From contig OZ336874.1 of assembly GCA_965287045.1 (NCBI GenBank), positions 85,250,001 through 85,314,000 of the forward strand: DNA of 64,000 nucleotides, in the 5' to 3' direction. The translations under genes were made by a program, and so were the position numbers. Below the pieces are notes generated by a model. The model saw only the letters and a program-made list of their open reading frames with translations. It did not search any database and was not told the DNA's origin. This DNA is from Carcharhinus amblyrhynchos. Taxonomy: Eukaryota. Position 1 is the stretch's first letter. The number at the start of each line of letters is the position of its first letter. Shown here in pieces: positions 1 to 13,358 of this stretch.

Positions 1-124
1 AGCAGCAGAAAACTGATCAAATCATTCTCATTTTTAAACTGCCAATGTTTTTCAAACTAACAGTGAAATCATTCAGACGTTTTGTTTTAAATTTGACCCA
101 CTAGGTTGATTTTTCTTTCCCTAC

Positions 125-365
125 TTGTCAACAGAAATTTGTCCGTTCAAATTCTAATCCAGAGACTTGAAGACATAAACTCGGTTATTGCTTTAGTGCA
201 GTAATGAAGGGACTGCTATATTGTTGTGGGCAGCCTCTGTCTTGAGATGTTAAACTGAAGTCTATCTTCAATCTCAGATGGATGTGAAACATCCAGTGGC
301 ACTATTTGAAGAAGAGCAGGGCTGTTCTCCTGGGATATTTTGGCAAATTTAGATCTCTTAATGTG
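125..365 (+). mobile_element. DeuSINE (SacSINE1-like) tRNA-derived SINE, degenerate
   Basis: Contains decayed Deu-domain sequence (GAGATGTTAAACTGAAG...GATGTGAAACATCCAGTGGCACTATTTGAAGAAGAGCAGGG) preceded by a B-box-like GTTCAAAT. Family assignment from recall of the consensus. Confidence 0.7.
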
Positions 366-513
366 TCTTTGTGTCAATTATTTTTTATCAGTTTTATTTT
401 TCTCCAACTCTTATAGCCATCAGTGGATTTCACAAAAATATACCCAATGTAAGATTCATGGGACTAGAATCACTGCTTATGTGGAAAATATGGCCAGCAA
501 CACAGAGTAGTTA

Positions 514-797
514 TAGAGTCATAAAGGTCATAGAATCACAGAGATTTACACCATGGAAACAGGTCCTTCGGCCCAATTTTCCCAGACTGCCCTTTTTTAA
601 CCCCTAAGCTAGTCCCAATTGCCTGCGTTTGGCCCATATTCCTCTATACCTATCTTAACCATGTAACTGTCGAAATGGTTTTTAAAAAACAAGATTGTAC
701 CCACCTCTACTACCATCTCTGGCAGCTTGTCCCAGACCCTTACCACCCTGTGTGTGAAAAAATTGCCCCTTTGGACCATTTTGTATCTCTCCCCTTC
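514..797 (-). mobile_element. CR1 LINE 3' end (HER1-like)
   Basis: Starts with the reverse complement of the CR1 microsatellite tail (CATAGAGT/CATAGAAT repeats), then the CCTTCGGCCC hairpin, then ORF2 C-terminal sequence. Confidence 0.8.
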
Positions 798-1074
798 AAA
801 TGATCTTTTTCCATATAATTATATGTACTGAGAAGAAGGGAAGTATCATCAAAGGAATGACATCTAGGTCATGTGCATGAGGGATGCTCTGATTCCACCA
901 GTACTCAGTCAACTGCTTCTACATACAAACGTGGCTGAACTTTGCTTTGGCATATGATTGGTGCACGTAGAGTCTCCAAATCCCATGCTATGCTGTGACA
1001 GAGATAAAATAGAACGGACCATTACAGTGAAAAAGGGTTACTTTCAGAGCATGCCATGAGAAGGCATACCAGGT

Positions 1075-1270
1075 ACATCACCATTCCTTCACAGTTGCTG
1101 GGTCAAAGTCCTGGAATTCCCTCTCTACAGCACTGTGTGTGCAGCTGCATTCCGTGGATTGCCGCAGTTCAAGAAGGCAGCTTACCCCCTCCTCCTCAAG
1201 GGCAATTACGGATGGACAATAAATTTTGTCCTTGTCAGCAACACTTACATCAGATGAATGTATAAAAAAA
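1075..1270 (+). mobile_element. LINE 3' end (CR1/L2/Jockey-group); tail shared with the SINE at 21037
   Basis: ORF2 end (…PSQLLGQSPG / WNSL-type motif) followed by AAGGGCAATTACGGATGGACAATAAAT…ATGAATG-A7. The tail is homologous to 21281-21353. Confidence 0.7.
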
Positions 1271-2922
1271 GGGTAATCAACTGCCAGCATAGCATGATTA
1301 GTACATCTCCTAACCACCAACTGTATTTGCAAGTATTGTCGCACCTACCTGGGAATGGCTGTGGGAAGTTTCTTCCTAGGGCCTAAATCAAAAGAATCAG
1401 GTGCTGCTTCATATGCTAGAAGGATTCTTGCTGCTAACTATACATAAGGCTAGAACAGCAAGTGAGAGAACCTGTCAGCTGTGACCTCTAACCTGCATAT
1501 GGCGTTTTCATTTGCTTCGCTTTCTTCCTGTCACTTCTTTCCTCTACTCCATCAGCTTTTAAAAAAATATCTGTGTTGAAATACTATATTATTTTTAACT
1601 GCTTTCAATTTTTTTGTCACCTAGTGTTACATCCTGTTTAATTGTTCCCATTTCTTTAAATTTCACATACACACTTTCTCCTCCCAATATTCTAAGCAAA
1701 GTTTTTATTTCAAGAGGGAAACATTCTTTGTTATAATTGCTGTGGGCCATAGGTATGTATCTGAAAGATACAGATAAGAATGTATATCAAATTGATAGCT
1801 AATGGCTTCAACTTTTGAAGTTTATCTGAAGTGGAGTGATGTAATTATTTATATTTTAATCACATGCACATGTCCTCTTTGATGGCCCAGTAAAGATAAA
1901 TCATTTAAAATAATATGCGACTTTTAGTGTATGAGATTAAAAAATAAAACCTGCATTTACTGTATCAACAATTCTTGATGAACATTCTTTTCTGTCCTGA
2001 GAATCTGGCTATTGTTAAGCTGCTAACATTTATTTGTATAAGATTATTTTGCAACTATATAAACGAAGAATATGTAGCATGACCACTACATTAAAGCTTT
2101 CACAAGCAATGAAATAAGCAGAGATATCTGAATAATAGATAAACAACAAAGTTGGGTCAGCTTGCTAAATAAACATTCCATAATTGAAGTGCATGTTGTG
2201 AAAATCTAAACCTACTCGAGATACTATTATTAGATTCGTTTAAATTGGTCTTGCACACATCACTATGTTGACACATAGGACAAAATTAATACCAGCATTA
2301 ACATTTGATCAAATCTTGAAAGACTGAAACTATAGCAGATCTGCCAATGATGATTTTCTATATATTGGAAGTGCCTTGTCCTGGATGTTCTGGAATCCTA
2401 ATGTTAGCGCCAGTTGAGAGTAAGTCCAAAACCTGAAATTGAATAAAGCATTCTTCATCTTTCTCCGATGTAAATTCAAGATACCTACACTCTCTGAAAA
2501 ATTAGGGTCTAATAATATGTTTACATTCATTACAACAATATTGCATAATAATGCTGATTTATTTCTAAGCCTAGATCAAACTTTACGCAGTGAATTCAGT
2601 GACATTAAATGTCATGAGCAATAGCTTGTATTATGGCATTGTAACTATAAAAGAATTGAAAGAAAACTTTTAAGCGCTTAAGGCAGTTACCTCACCTTAA
2701 CCGCACAATATGCTAGTGAAATTCTAACTTGTTTGCAAAAACAAACTTATTTTTCTCTCTTGCTTTCTTTATTAATTATCAAATCATTTGCTATTTTGTT
2801 ATCTAGAGCTGGCTGTAGCTAGATGGAAAATAATATCTGAAATGTTGTAAATACATTTGAAACATGAGAGCATCATATCTTCTAATAACAAGAGTTAAAG
2901 TTGAATAGTGTTTAGACATAAT

Positions 2923-3048
2923 GGGCGGGATTTTACAACCTCGCTCGTTCCAAAACCGTAAAATCTCGCTCGAGGTCAATAGACCTTGCCTATGTTCTGC
3001 TCCTCGCCTGCCCCAATTTCCATCGTGGGCGGGGTGGTAAACTTCCGG
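2923..3048. mobile_element. Short MITE with terminal inverted repeats
   Basis: GGGCGGGATTTTAC…GTAAACTTCCGG imperfect TIRs, internal GTAAAATCTCGC; a CpG-rich island in CpG-poor flanks. Confidence 0.55.
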
Positions 3049-3306
3049 TTGCTAAGTTTGCAGGGCAGTAAAAATTTTCTACTGATTAAATCGGTGTCCT
3101 CGTTTTTGACAAATAAACTTTTGAACTCTAGATTTATACAACTTGCACTAAATAGTTGCAACATAGCTATTGTGCGGTTTTCCACTTTGTAGGTTTTAAA
3201 TATTCTCAGTATGATGTTGCATATCCCCATATGGCCAGTTACCTCTGTTGGCATAACAGTGTGTGGATCAGATTATTGCCAACAACAAATGGTTTGATAC
3301 CTGTTT

Positions 3307-3395
3307 AACACAGTAAGAAGTCTCACAATCGGGTTAAAGTCCAACAGGTTTATTTGGTAGCAAACACCACTAGCTTTCAGAGCGCTGCTCCTTCG
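3307..3395 (-). mobile_element. Penelope-like element terminal fragment with 13-bp target-site duplication
   Basis: Flanked by TTGATACCTGTTT at 3294-3306 and 3396-3408. Minus strand reads CGAAGGAGCAGCGCTCTGAAAGCT…AATAAACCTGTTGGACTTTAAC, a shark Penelope end (recall). Confidence 0.75.
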
Positions 3396-4712
3396 TTGAT
3401 ACCTGTTTCAGTAGAGGTGGATTTAGAGCCTTCTTTCTTGCCTTTACCTGTTGTACAAATCATGGCAATTTGCTGAGGTTCATTGGATAATCATCAAGGA
3501 CCTGTCTTCAGGCAGAGAGCTGAAGAAAAAGAAGATCCTTTCTATAGTTGTTTCTAAATTACAATCAGATGATGGAGAAAGAGGTGAATAAATTATCAAG
3601 CATTTATATTGTGTAACAGCAACATGTTTTAGTTGACAACAACAGTTCCATTTACTTCTGGTCAAAAAGGTGTATAAATAATCCAGTCTGTGCCTTTATT
3701 GTTGCTTCATGGTGCCATACCATTTGCAGATGAATTAGGCAATTTTGAGTTTGGGTGGACTTTGCCTATACGGTGGGAACAGCGCCTTTGTAACCATCCC
3801 TAAATCCTTGCCAAGTGGTTTTGCTTGCTTTTAACCAACAAGTTGGAAGTGCTAAATCATTTTTCTGAGCGATGCACTGGCACCAGAGCTTTCAAGTTTA
3901 TTAGGAGTGTAGGATGAGCGACACAAGATAAGCATGTTATGCACCGTGCCCAAATTTACTTTCCATTGGTTTCAGTGAAAGAAAAAGTGGGTGATGGGTA
4001 TAACAGTCAATCAAATTGATGTCACCCATTTTACACTTTTATAGATTTATATTAATATGCTTTAACCTTGATTGGTCAAATAACTACTGTGATTAAATCA
4101 TTGCCAACATATATTTCTGGAAAAGCCAACTGATTATTTCAACAATTTTGATTAAAATATATTTTCTACGTACAATTTATATTAGGACCTTTTCAATGCA
4201 ATTTTTCAACTATGTGTTGCTTCAGTGTAGAAAACAGACAAGCTTCTGTTTTGATTGTGCAAACTCTTTATAAGCAACATTAAAAAAGAATGGGGTGGGG
4301 AGGGTGTAGGGCACGAAGAAGTAGAATAATCTGTGAAAGTGTTTAATTTGAGAATGTGAGAAGGTTAAATGACAGAAGCATGAACCAATTCAGAGATACG
4401 ATGAGAAAAATCGTAGTAATTAAGGCATAGAGAAATAAAAAGTAGAAATAAATTCATACTCTTTAGATACATCAGCCATATAATGGACAGGATTTTCCAT
4501 TTTCAGTCAGGACCCCAACATTAGCATTTAATCCTGTTCCTTACCCTGTGCCATATTGGAAAAAGCAGCCAAAATTTAATTTTTGCTGGGTTGGTCAGTT
4601 AGTGGATAGAGGGTGCACTCGCCATCCAATTAAGGATTATGGACAAGCTCTCAAAGCTGCAAAGCCAATGTGACACTGAAAGAGTTGCAGCCTGCAATTA
4701 CATTGTGCAAAA

Positions 4713-5655
4713 TTGACCTAAGATGTCCTGTCCACAAAACAAGACAAATCCAATCTGGCCAATTTACTGCCCTGTCAAACTATTCCCAAGCAGCAGCAAA
4801 GTAATGGAATATGTCATCAACAGTGCTATTAAATGATACTTACATAGCAATAACCTGCTCTTCGATGTTCAGTTTGGGTTCTGCCAGGACAACCTGGCTC
4901 CAGATCTCATTACAGCCTTGATGTAAACATGGACTAACAAGCTAAATTCCAAAGGTGAAGTGAGAGTAACAATCCATAACATCAATCAGCATTTGATGCA
5001 GCGTGGCATCAAGGAGCCCTGGCTGGAGTCACACTTATCAAAAGGGAGATAGTTGTCCTTACTGAAGGTTAAACATCTCAGCTCCAGGACATCATTGCAG
5101 CAGCTCTTCAGGGCTCAGTTATCTCCAGCTGCTTCATCTATTACCTTCCTTCCATCATAAAGTCAGAAGTAGGAGTGTTCATGATGATTGTGCAATGTTC
5201 AAAACCATTTGTGATTCCTCAGATACTAAAGCAGTGTCTGCATGGATCAAGACCTGGACAACATTCCAGTTTGGGCTGATGAGTGTCACCTAAGTGACAG
5301 GCAATTACCTTCTCCAGTAAGACAGAATCTAACCATCTCCACTTGACATTCAATGCCATGGCAATCACTAAATTTTTCACCGCTAACATCCTGGGGACCA
5401 TTGACAGGAAACCTAACAGAGGCTACAAGAGCTGGTCAGAGGCTGGGAATTCTGTGATTTCCTGACATCCTGTAGCCTGTCCTACAAGACAAAAGTCAGG
5501 AGTGTGGTGGAGTACTGTCTGTTTGCCTGGATAAGTGCAGCTCCAACAATACCGAAAAAGCTCGACACCATCCAAGACAAAGCAGCCAACATGATTGGCA
5601 CTCCATTCACCACCTTAAATATGCACTCCCTCCACTAACAGGAGCAGCAGTGGAT
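4713..5655 (+). mobile_element. Degenerate LINE reverse transcriptase fragment (CR1/L2/Jockey group)
   Basis: Frameshifted translation gives KSNLAN…SKVMEYVINSAIK…NNLLFDVQFGFCQDNLAPDLITAL…KGEVRV…AFD…WHQG, which are RT motifs. Confidence 0.75.
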
Positions 5656-6739
5656 GTGCCTTTTTTTTTAAACTAGTAAAATCGTTATCTTTAACCAGAC
5701 AAATTACTGATGAAATCACATAATGAATATTGAATGTGATTTTAGCGTGTGCTAAGACATTAATGTATTGATAGATGGTTCAGCAAAACAGCCACAAGGA
5801 TATTTGAGACCCTAAAATCAGAGAAAAGAAAACTGAGGGAAGATAAATTTAAGATGGCTGTTGATTTTGGACATGCAGAAGCTGGATTACAAGAAACTTT
5901 GTTCTCCTTAAAGCAGCGGATGTACAGAAGTAGTTAATGCTATCTCTGTTCAACCACTTTGAAAATGATTTAGATAAATATTTGGTTGGGAACAAGATGC
6001 CAAGTTATAGAAACCAATGAACTGAGAAGATTGAATCCTCCACAGATCACAGTTTCATGAGGGAAGAGGGCAGCATTGAAAAGCACAACAGTGGAGATGG
6101 ATGAATATTCTGCAGTTCTGCAAATCATTTTTGGGGATCAGGAAATATGTATTGAAAACTTTTCCCTCCAGGGAGTCAATGGGTTGAGTATGATTCATAG
6201 TGGCTATCTGATTCAAGTGTGTAACTTAAGACCCAAGCAAAAACTAAAACAAACAAATTCAGTGAAATTAACAAATATTTTACATGCAAACTACAGTGCA
6301 TTATTTCAAATCACTTACTCTACATTTGTAGTATTCTTGTTGATCATTACTATCAAGCAATTTGTACTGACATGAATTGCTTACACATCTTGTTGTAACT
6401 TTCCTGATGCCGAAGATACATAGTGGAACACCATCAGCTCCAAGAAAATCCCCAGCTGGCATGTCTGAGAATATACATTAGCAAATTGAAGTTACTTGTC
6501 AATAAATTTCAAATTTTAATGACTGTCCATCAAGCCAGCCATGATGAAGAGATTCTTTTTAGCTAAATGGATATAATTTACCTGTCAATAAGCAAAGCAT
6601 GTTAGCTGTTGTAATGTTAATATTCCATGAGATAACCTTTGTAACAAGAGCTAGAGCTGTATTCTATGGCATCACCCAGCAGACTTGGAGGCAAGGAGGG
6701 TATTTAATCGGGTGGGATGATGAGGCAATTCCAGCGAGG

Positions 6740-7800
6740 AATTAAAAATGGAAAACCACCTAAGTTAAATCAAATGAAGCAAGACAAGGAAAATGTAAAA
6801 CGAAGCTGTTCTACAGGGAAGTGTTCACATCAGAGCTGAACTGGAAGATTTAATGCACAAGATTCAAGATGAGTATATAACTCTGGACACGCATGATAAG
6901 CTGAAGCGTTCAGTGAACTAAGCTGTTCAGGATCTGAACAAACAAATTTTTAGAGACAATGTAAAGATATCAGGAGGAAATAATGACCATCAATTTCACA
7001 GTTGGCAAATCAAAGCGGGAGTTGGAAAACTGAGCCAGATGTGCAACATGGTAGAAAAGGCATGCAGAAAGATTGCAACCCTGAAAGACTCCTTGAAAAA
7101 TCAAAATGTAGCCATGGAAAAAGAGAGCTAAAAAAGACATTGAATATTCAGAAAAAGTTGCATTGGAACTATCAATAGCAACAAAATGATGCACTGAAAC
7201 CTGGCAAGAGGCCAACAAGAAAATGAACAGTTGAAGAAACAACTGATTATCATTCAAGATCAAGTGCAAAAGGAATGCATAGCCATTCAGCAACATGAAG
7301 AACTGAAGACTGAGTTAAACAGTAGAGTGGAAGTGCAGCAGAAGAAGCTTGAGACAACTCTAAGCAAGGTTGACAAAGAAAAGGAAAACCTGTTGAAAGA
7401 CCTTTGCAAGGTAAAGGAAGCCCTCAGGTCGAAGTTTATTTCATTAGAAAATTCTAGAGGGAAGCAAAATGAATTTAAAGTCACTGAGCAACTGAAGAAC
7501 TGGTTTTCAGAGCAATCTCAGAAATGTTTCACACTCCAGGTGCAAACCAAAAGCTATGAGAAATAGACTAAAGAGCTGAAGAAGCAGTTGAATGAAAACA
7601 AGGAGGCATTGAAAGGAAAAGCTGTAAAACTTTCCGAACGGCAGACAGAAGAAAAGTTGGAAATTAGATCAGAAAGTGTAAATCTGACATGGAAGCACAA
7701 GGAACTAGAAGACGAAAATGCACTGGATGTACTGAGAACCATTGAGCGAAATGAAAAGATTTGTAAGCTTGCATAATGGTTTGAAAATAAAACAGCAAAC
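6740..7800 (+). pseudogene. Disabled coiled-coil coding fragment, UACA/RAI14/ANKRD24 family-like
   Basis: Purine-rich heptad-coding sequence broken by stops and frameshifts. IRAELEDLMHKIQDEYITLDTHDKLK…YQEEIMTI and EFKVTEQLKNWFSEQSQK resemble recalled UACA segments (LENTQNQIKAEYISLAEHE…GQEEIVTL; KFKATEKELKDQLSEQTQK). Confidence 0.6.
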
Positions 7801-9889
7801 AAATACTTGGCCGAGAGTATGAAAAAAGTGGGAGTTAAGGAAATGTATAATCCAGCAAGAACGTGGCAGGCATCATGGAAAAATAAAATTCTGAATCAAT
7901 TCTAGGAATGATTGGAGTGTACACTCTCTTTGAAGGCAGACAAGTTGTTAATAAAAGGAAACAAAACTTGAAGGAGAGCAAAAACTGAATAAAATGGAGG
8001 TAACCAAGTTCCAGAAACACAGGGTATTATTACTATTTCTCCAAAAGGGACGGACGGAGATGTAGAAGAACTGTCAAGCCTCAAGATTGTCTTGATTGAT
8101 TAAGTCAGAGACTTGAGAAGGGATAGCAAGTAAATATTGATTTTTAATACTTTGTTGGAATTGAGAAAACTTTTCTTTGGAGAAGAAAGGCGAATGTTGT
8201 ATTATGTACCTCATGCCATTGTAATACAAAGGTACTCAGTAGTTCAAAGATTAATATTTGGCTAGACAATGGCAGCACCCACAGTATGAAGTATTTCAAC
8301 CATGAAGTACATGGTTGAAAGAACAATCTGGAGACAGCATGCATGAAGCAGTCCCATGCATAGCAATACCTGGGATCTGTAAATAGTTAAATATTAACAA
8401 TAGATGGTTCATGTTTAAACATAGAAGTCTCAAGATCTCATCATTGAGACTCAACAAACCAATAAGCCAATATGGCGATCGGTGGTGGGACCATAATACA
8501 GTATCGGCAACCGGGACCCTGTCGTCGCCAGATAATTTGTGAAATTCAGTCTTACTACTGAAGCTGATCACATTAAAAGATGTATCTAAACCTCTTTCAA
8601 ATTAATTTTTAAGTCATTGGCAAGTCTCACAGGTGAGTAATGCATTTTGGATAATCGTGGTCAACACAACCAATGTTTTCTGCCTTATACTGGCTCTATG
8701 TGAAACTCAACATTATGGGGTTCACTGTTTCCTTTTTCAGAAAGTATGATCCCCGACTTGCTGTTGTATATTTTTCTGCAGCCTGTTAGTATCATTTTTA
8801 AATGCTTAAAACATTACCTCCCCATTGCTTTAATGTAAAAAAGAAAATAATTGTTATAGTTGGACATATTCAAACTCTCCACAAGGTCTGTATTCATCTT
8901 GTCCTTTGATACTGTCATTTTTATCTGTCTCACCGCACTGCCTCCCTTTGCTGAGCTGCCATTTTCTAATGTATTGCTGTTTTACTTGTATGATTGCTGC
9001 TGAGACAATCTTAGACCTGGCTGCCATTCTTTCAGTTACAGAGAAAAGGACTGTCTCTGGTGCCTACTTTTCAGAAAAAGTTGATTCATGTGTAAATTAT
9101 CAGTTAGCCTTTATTTGTTCGGTCTGTGGAGAGTACACACACAGATAAAAGGCTCAGAGGGTCAGGGCTTAGTAGATGCATGTTTCTCTCGTGGCCAGAA
9201 TGACAGTGTTAGTATTGTTGTCAAAGATTATCACAGAGACTAGAAGGCCTCATCATTATGTACTTGCTGTTAGATCTTTTTGCAGACAATATCATTGTAG
9301 GAAAACTGAACAAATGATACTGCATATTTAGTATCCTAACAATAAAGTAGAATATTATTACTAATTGGAATGATTTTTGAAACTTTTTTCCCATGGCTTG
9401 AGGACTGATTGCTGCTAGGGAATTTTCCCTCATTACCAGCTTCTCCTATTCCCATGGTGCTTCTCACTGCAATATTATGGCCTTCAGTTAAGGGAGCGCA
9501 AGAACTTCAATGCAAACTTCAGTGTTGGCTTGCCATTCAGGATCTCACTTGTGGTGAGAAATGGGATAACACTATTTTAAATTTTGTACTTTGATAGAAA
9601 ATGTAATTGAAAGATTTGCAGTGCTTTACCTTCTGAATCCTCAGTGTAGTAACATTTAACCAAAATTACATGTTGATAGAAAATGTACCTATTTCAACAG
9701 GAAACAATCTTGTCCATTGTATTTGATCAGATAGATAAGATTGGGGCTAAATGAGAGCAATGCGAGCACTGAGTTGGGCAGTGCCAAGTTCCTTGCTACA
9801 CATCCATTTTTGCCAAATTATGCCTCTGTGGAGGACCCTATGTTAAGTTTCTACATTAAAGCTGCTTTATAAATGCAAGTTACTTTGTT

Positions 9890-12800
9890 TACCAAATCTT
9901 GCTAAACTTTTGTTAAGTTTTTCAATGGCTTGTTCAGTTGTCGTAGATCTCATGATAACAATTTTTGGCCATTTTGACTGTGCATCAATTATGACTAAAA
10001 ACCCTCAAACGGACCAGCAAAATCTACATGTAATCATTGCCATGGCATTTTAGGCACTCCCAAGGGGTGTAAAGGAGACAAGGGTCGTGTATTTCTTATT
10101 CATGCACATAATTTACACTATCCTGTTTTTTCTTCAATTTGAGCATGCAGACCTGCTCCTCAAGAATAACTATGTGCTAATTGCTTTATCTGGAATGTAC
10201 AAGGATGCCCTTCCTGGAGTTGTTCAAGAACTCTTCCAAGTAGACTAGAAAGAATGATCAATTGGATTCCCCATAATAGACACTCACCTTGGATGGTCAA
10301 CTCAAGCTTTTTTCTACACAGTTTCAAATCAGGATGTGTACAATGCGTTCCAGCTATTGTTCTTTTCAATACCATCTTCATCACCTTTCCCATCATGGAA
10401 TCATTTCTGGTATGACTTTGAGCTTGAGGAGCTGTCACTGCCAAATGATCTATGAGCAGAAAATAAAGAATATTAGCAAAACTAGTTGACAGTATCTGCT
10501 CAATAGGTAAAGGTAAATGCAATAAAGCATTAACATGACACTCTGATTGAAAGTACAATATATTATAAGAGTGTGCAGATAAGTTCAGTGACTATCATTG
10601 TAATCGGCTAGCAACTGACGAAGATATGCCTTTATACTGCCCAAAAATAAGTTAGGTCGTTAATCAGTCAATAATGAGAAATGGCATCCATATATCAATA
10701 CTTCTTTTTCTAGCTCAGCATAATCATATTCTGCATTAGTCAGAGTACGTGAAGCAGGAGCTACTGGTCATTCATTTCCCAAAGGCATAATTTGTGAAAC
10801 AACCACCCTTACTCCGTAAGATGATGTGTCACAAGCAAACAGTAATGATAGCTTTGGGTTAAAATGAACCAATATTTCAGATTTCTGCAAAGCCTCTTTG
10901 ACATTCTTGTGTGCTTTCTCACATTCTGTTGTCCAGCCCCATGACTGCTTCATATAGTAAACCGTGCAATGATTTTAATAATGTTGCTTCATTAGGAACA
11001 AATTTGCCATAATAATTTACTAATTCTAGAAAGGATCTCAATTGCGTCGCAATGTCAGGCCTGTGCTCTAAAATACCTTCCACCTTTTTAAGTGTTTTGT
11101 GTAAGCATTTACTATCAATTATATGACCCAACTGACATCTGGAAAAAGTGACACTTTTCTTTCATGATACACAGACCATATGACTGAAGATGTTCCAGTG
11201 TTGCTTCTAAATTATTCAAGTGCTCATGATCAGCAGGCCCAGAAATTAACATATCATTCTGGTAACATTGTACACCAAAGAGACCACATAAATTCTGATC
11301 TGTAGATCTTTGAAATAGGACTGGTGCTGATGTTATTCCAAAAGGTAATCTTTGATAATGAGAAAGATCTTTATGAATAATGATGGTAAACAATGATTGA
11401 GATTCAATGGCTACATTCACTCTGTAAATATGCTTCTGAAGGATCAATCTTGCTGAATTTCTGCCCACCTGATAACGCAGCAAATAAATCTTCATTTAAA
11501 GGAAGCAGGTATTGATCAGCACACAACGCTGGATTAATGGTTATAATAAAACCACCAAAGATACAAACTGAACCATTGGTTTTCATGACAGGGTACGATG
11601 GGGGTTAGCCCAATTACTTATTATAACCAACATTTACACACCACAGTGTTAACAAGTCACAGAATTTCTTCTTCATTCTTGGAACGAATTGCATGTGGCA
11701 TTGCTCTTGCTTTGAGACTTTTTGGATGAGTATTAGGCTTTATCGAGTTTCACTTGTACTCCCTTCATTGAGCCAAGTGTTTCTTCAAATACACACTTGT
11801 ATTTACCCAAAAGATGCTGTAAGTCTATTTTGGCATCAACCAATTTGTTGACAGCACTCCAGTTAAATCTTCTCCAACCATGTTCTCCCAGATAGAGTTG
11901 GAAAATTACCACAGACCACGTGGAGAGGCAATTCCGCTGTTTGTCCATTCAACTCTACGTTCAAAAAGACAGTAGGACTAGGGGGCACAGCCTCAAGATA
12001 AAAGGGGGGCGGTTTAGAACGGAGTTGAGGAGGAACTTCTTCACTCAAAGGGTGGTGAATCTCTGGAATTCTATGCCCGTTGAAGTGGTGGAGGCTGCCT
12101 CGCTAAATATTTTTAAGACGCGGGTTGATGGGTTTTTGATAAGAGAGGGGATTAAGGGTTATGGGGAGAAAGCGGGAAAGTGGAACTGAGCAGCGACAGA
12201 TCAGCCATGATCTTATTGAATGGCGGGGCAGGCTCAAAGGGCTAGATGGCCTACTCCTGCTCCTATTTCTTATGTTCTTATGTTCTTATGTTAACTATGA
12301 TGTAACCTTTTAAAGGCACAATCTCTTCTGTATATGTCCTTAAAATCACTTCAGCTTGTTTAAAAGGAAGATGCTCCAGCTTTTGTTGACATTTGGTCTT
12401 GGGAATTAAAGATACAGCAGCACCAGTAACAACCTCCAACCTAATAGGTTGTCCACTTAACTTCAGAACCACCCAGAATCTATGTGATTTACCCTGTATG
12501 GATAAGACGTTCAGTTGGAGCTCTTCATCATATTTTTGGACATTCTCTTCTTCACAGTCATTATTCTTTTCTTCCATGTTGTAAATTATTTTTATAGAAA
12601 GCAACTTGTTCTTGGAGAAACACAGATTCTTCTTCTGAATATTCTTCTCAGGAAGCTGTGTGCAATGTGACCCACTTTGCCACAACTCTTGCATTGACCA
12701 TCCTTACTTAAGCATTCACTCGCTGAAGGCCCATTTTGACACATTTATGTCATGCTTGTTGCTGTTTTGATTTCATATGGGCAGCTTCTAACTTGTGGAC

Positions 12801-13306
12801 CTTCATTCCTGCACCAAATTATGCAGTCTCTTTAGCAGTCTGTCCCATCAACAGTGATTTCTACTGCCTTTCTTTAAAATCAAAGCATGTCCAGTTAGCA
12901 ATCTTCTTTAAACACCCTCATTTCAGAGATCACAAACTAGACCGTCTTGAAGAGTATCTTCATGATTCACAAATGTGGTGCCAGCCTTTTTAAGGTTGCA
13001 ACAAACTGAGCAATACTTTCACCTTCACTTGATTCATTTGGTGGGACCTAAACTGTTCCATAATGATCAGTGGCCTTGGAGGATCTCAAGGATCTTTGTC
13101 AAGTCATTGTAACTTTTAATTCCTAGCTTTGCAGGGTGAATCATGGTCCAAAGCAAATTGAAGGTTTTACTTCCTATTGTGGCTGGTATGAGCAACTTGA
13201 TTGCAATTTTATTTGCTTGTACAAAGTACTGAAAACACTTGGCATAGGAACTCCATGATTCATTTTCTTCATTGAATGGGCCCATGGAGTCTAAATGACC
13301 TGCCAT
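9890..13306 (-). mobile_element. Degenerate Ty3/Gypsy LTR retrotransposon gag-pol (K02A2.6/Mag-like), 3'-truncated
   Basis: Minus-strand fragments in Gypsy order: gag (MAGHLDSMGPFNEENESWSSY…), knuckle remnant CKSCGKVGH, protease (LEVVTGAAVSLIP), RT (RLPFGITSAP…YQND), RNase H (ACDTSSYGV), integrase (QEGHP…; LHVDFAGPF…IDAQSKWP). Many stops and frameshifts. Confidence 0.9.
11962..12292 (+). mobile_element. Young CR1 LINE 3' end inserted into the Gypsy protease region
   Basis: Intact ORF2 C-terminus DSRTRGHSLKIKGG…RVVNLWN…GKWN*, hairpin and (TTCTTATG)3 tail. Removing it restores the Gypsy reading GYIIVN|VELNGQTAELPL. Confidence 0.9.
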
Positions 13307-13358
13307 TTTTCTTGCAGGCACTAGCAACTTGGATTGCTCAATAATTTTTTTGTTACTG

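Noticed and set aside
5860-6130. Very old CR1-like 3' fragment
   Set aside because: Only patchy similarity; boundaries cannot be supported.
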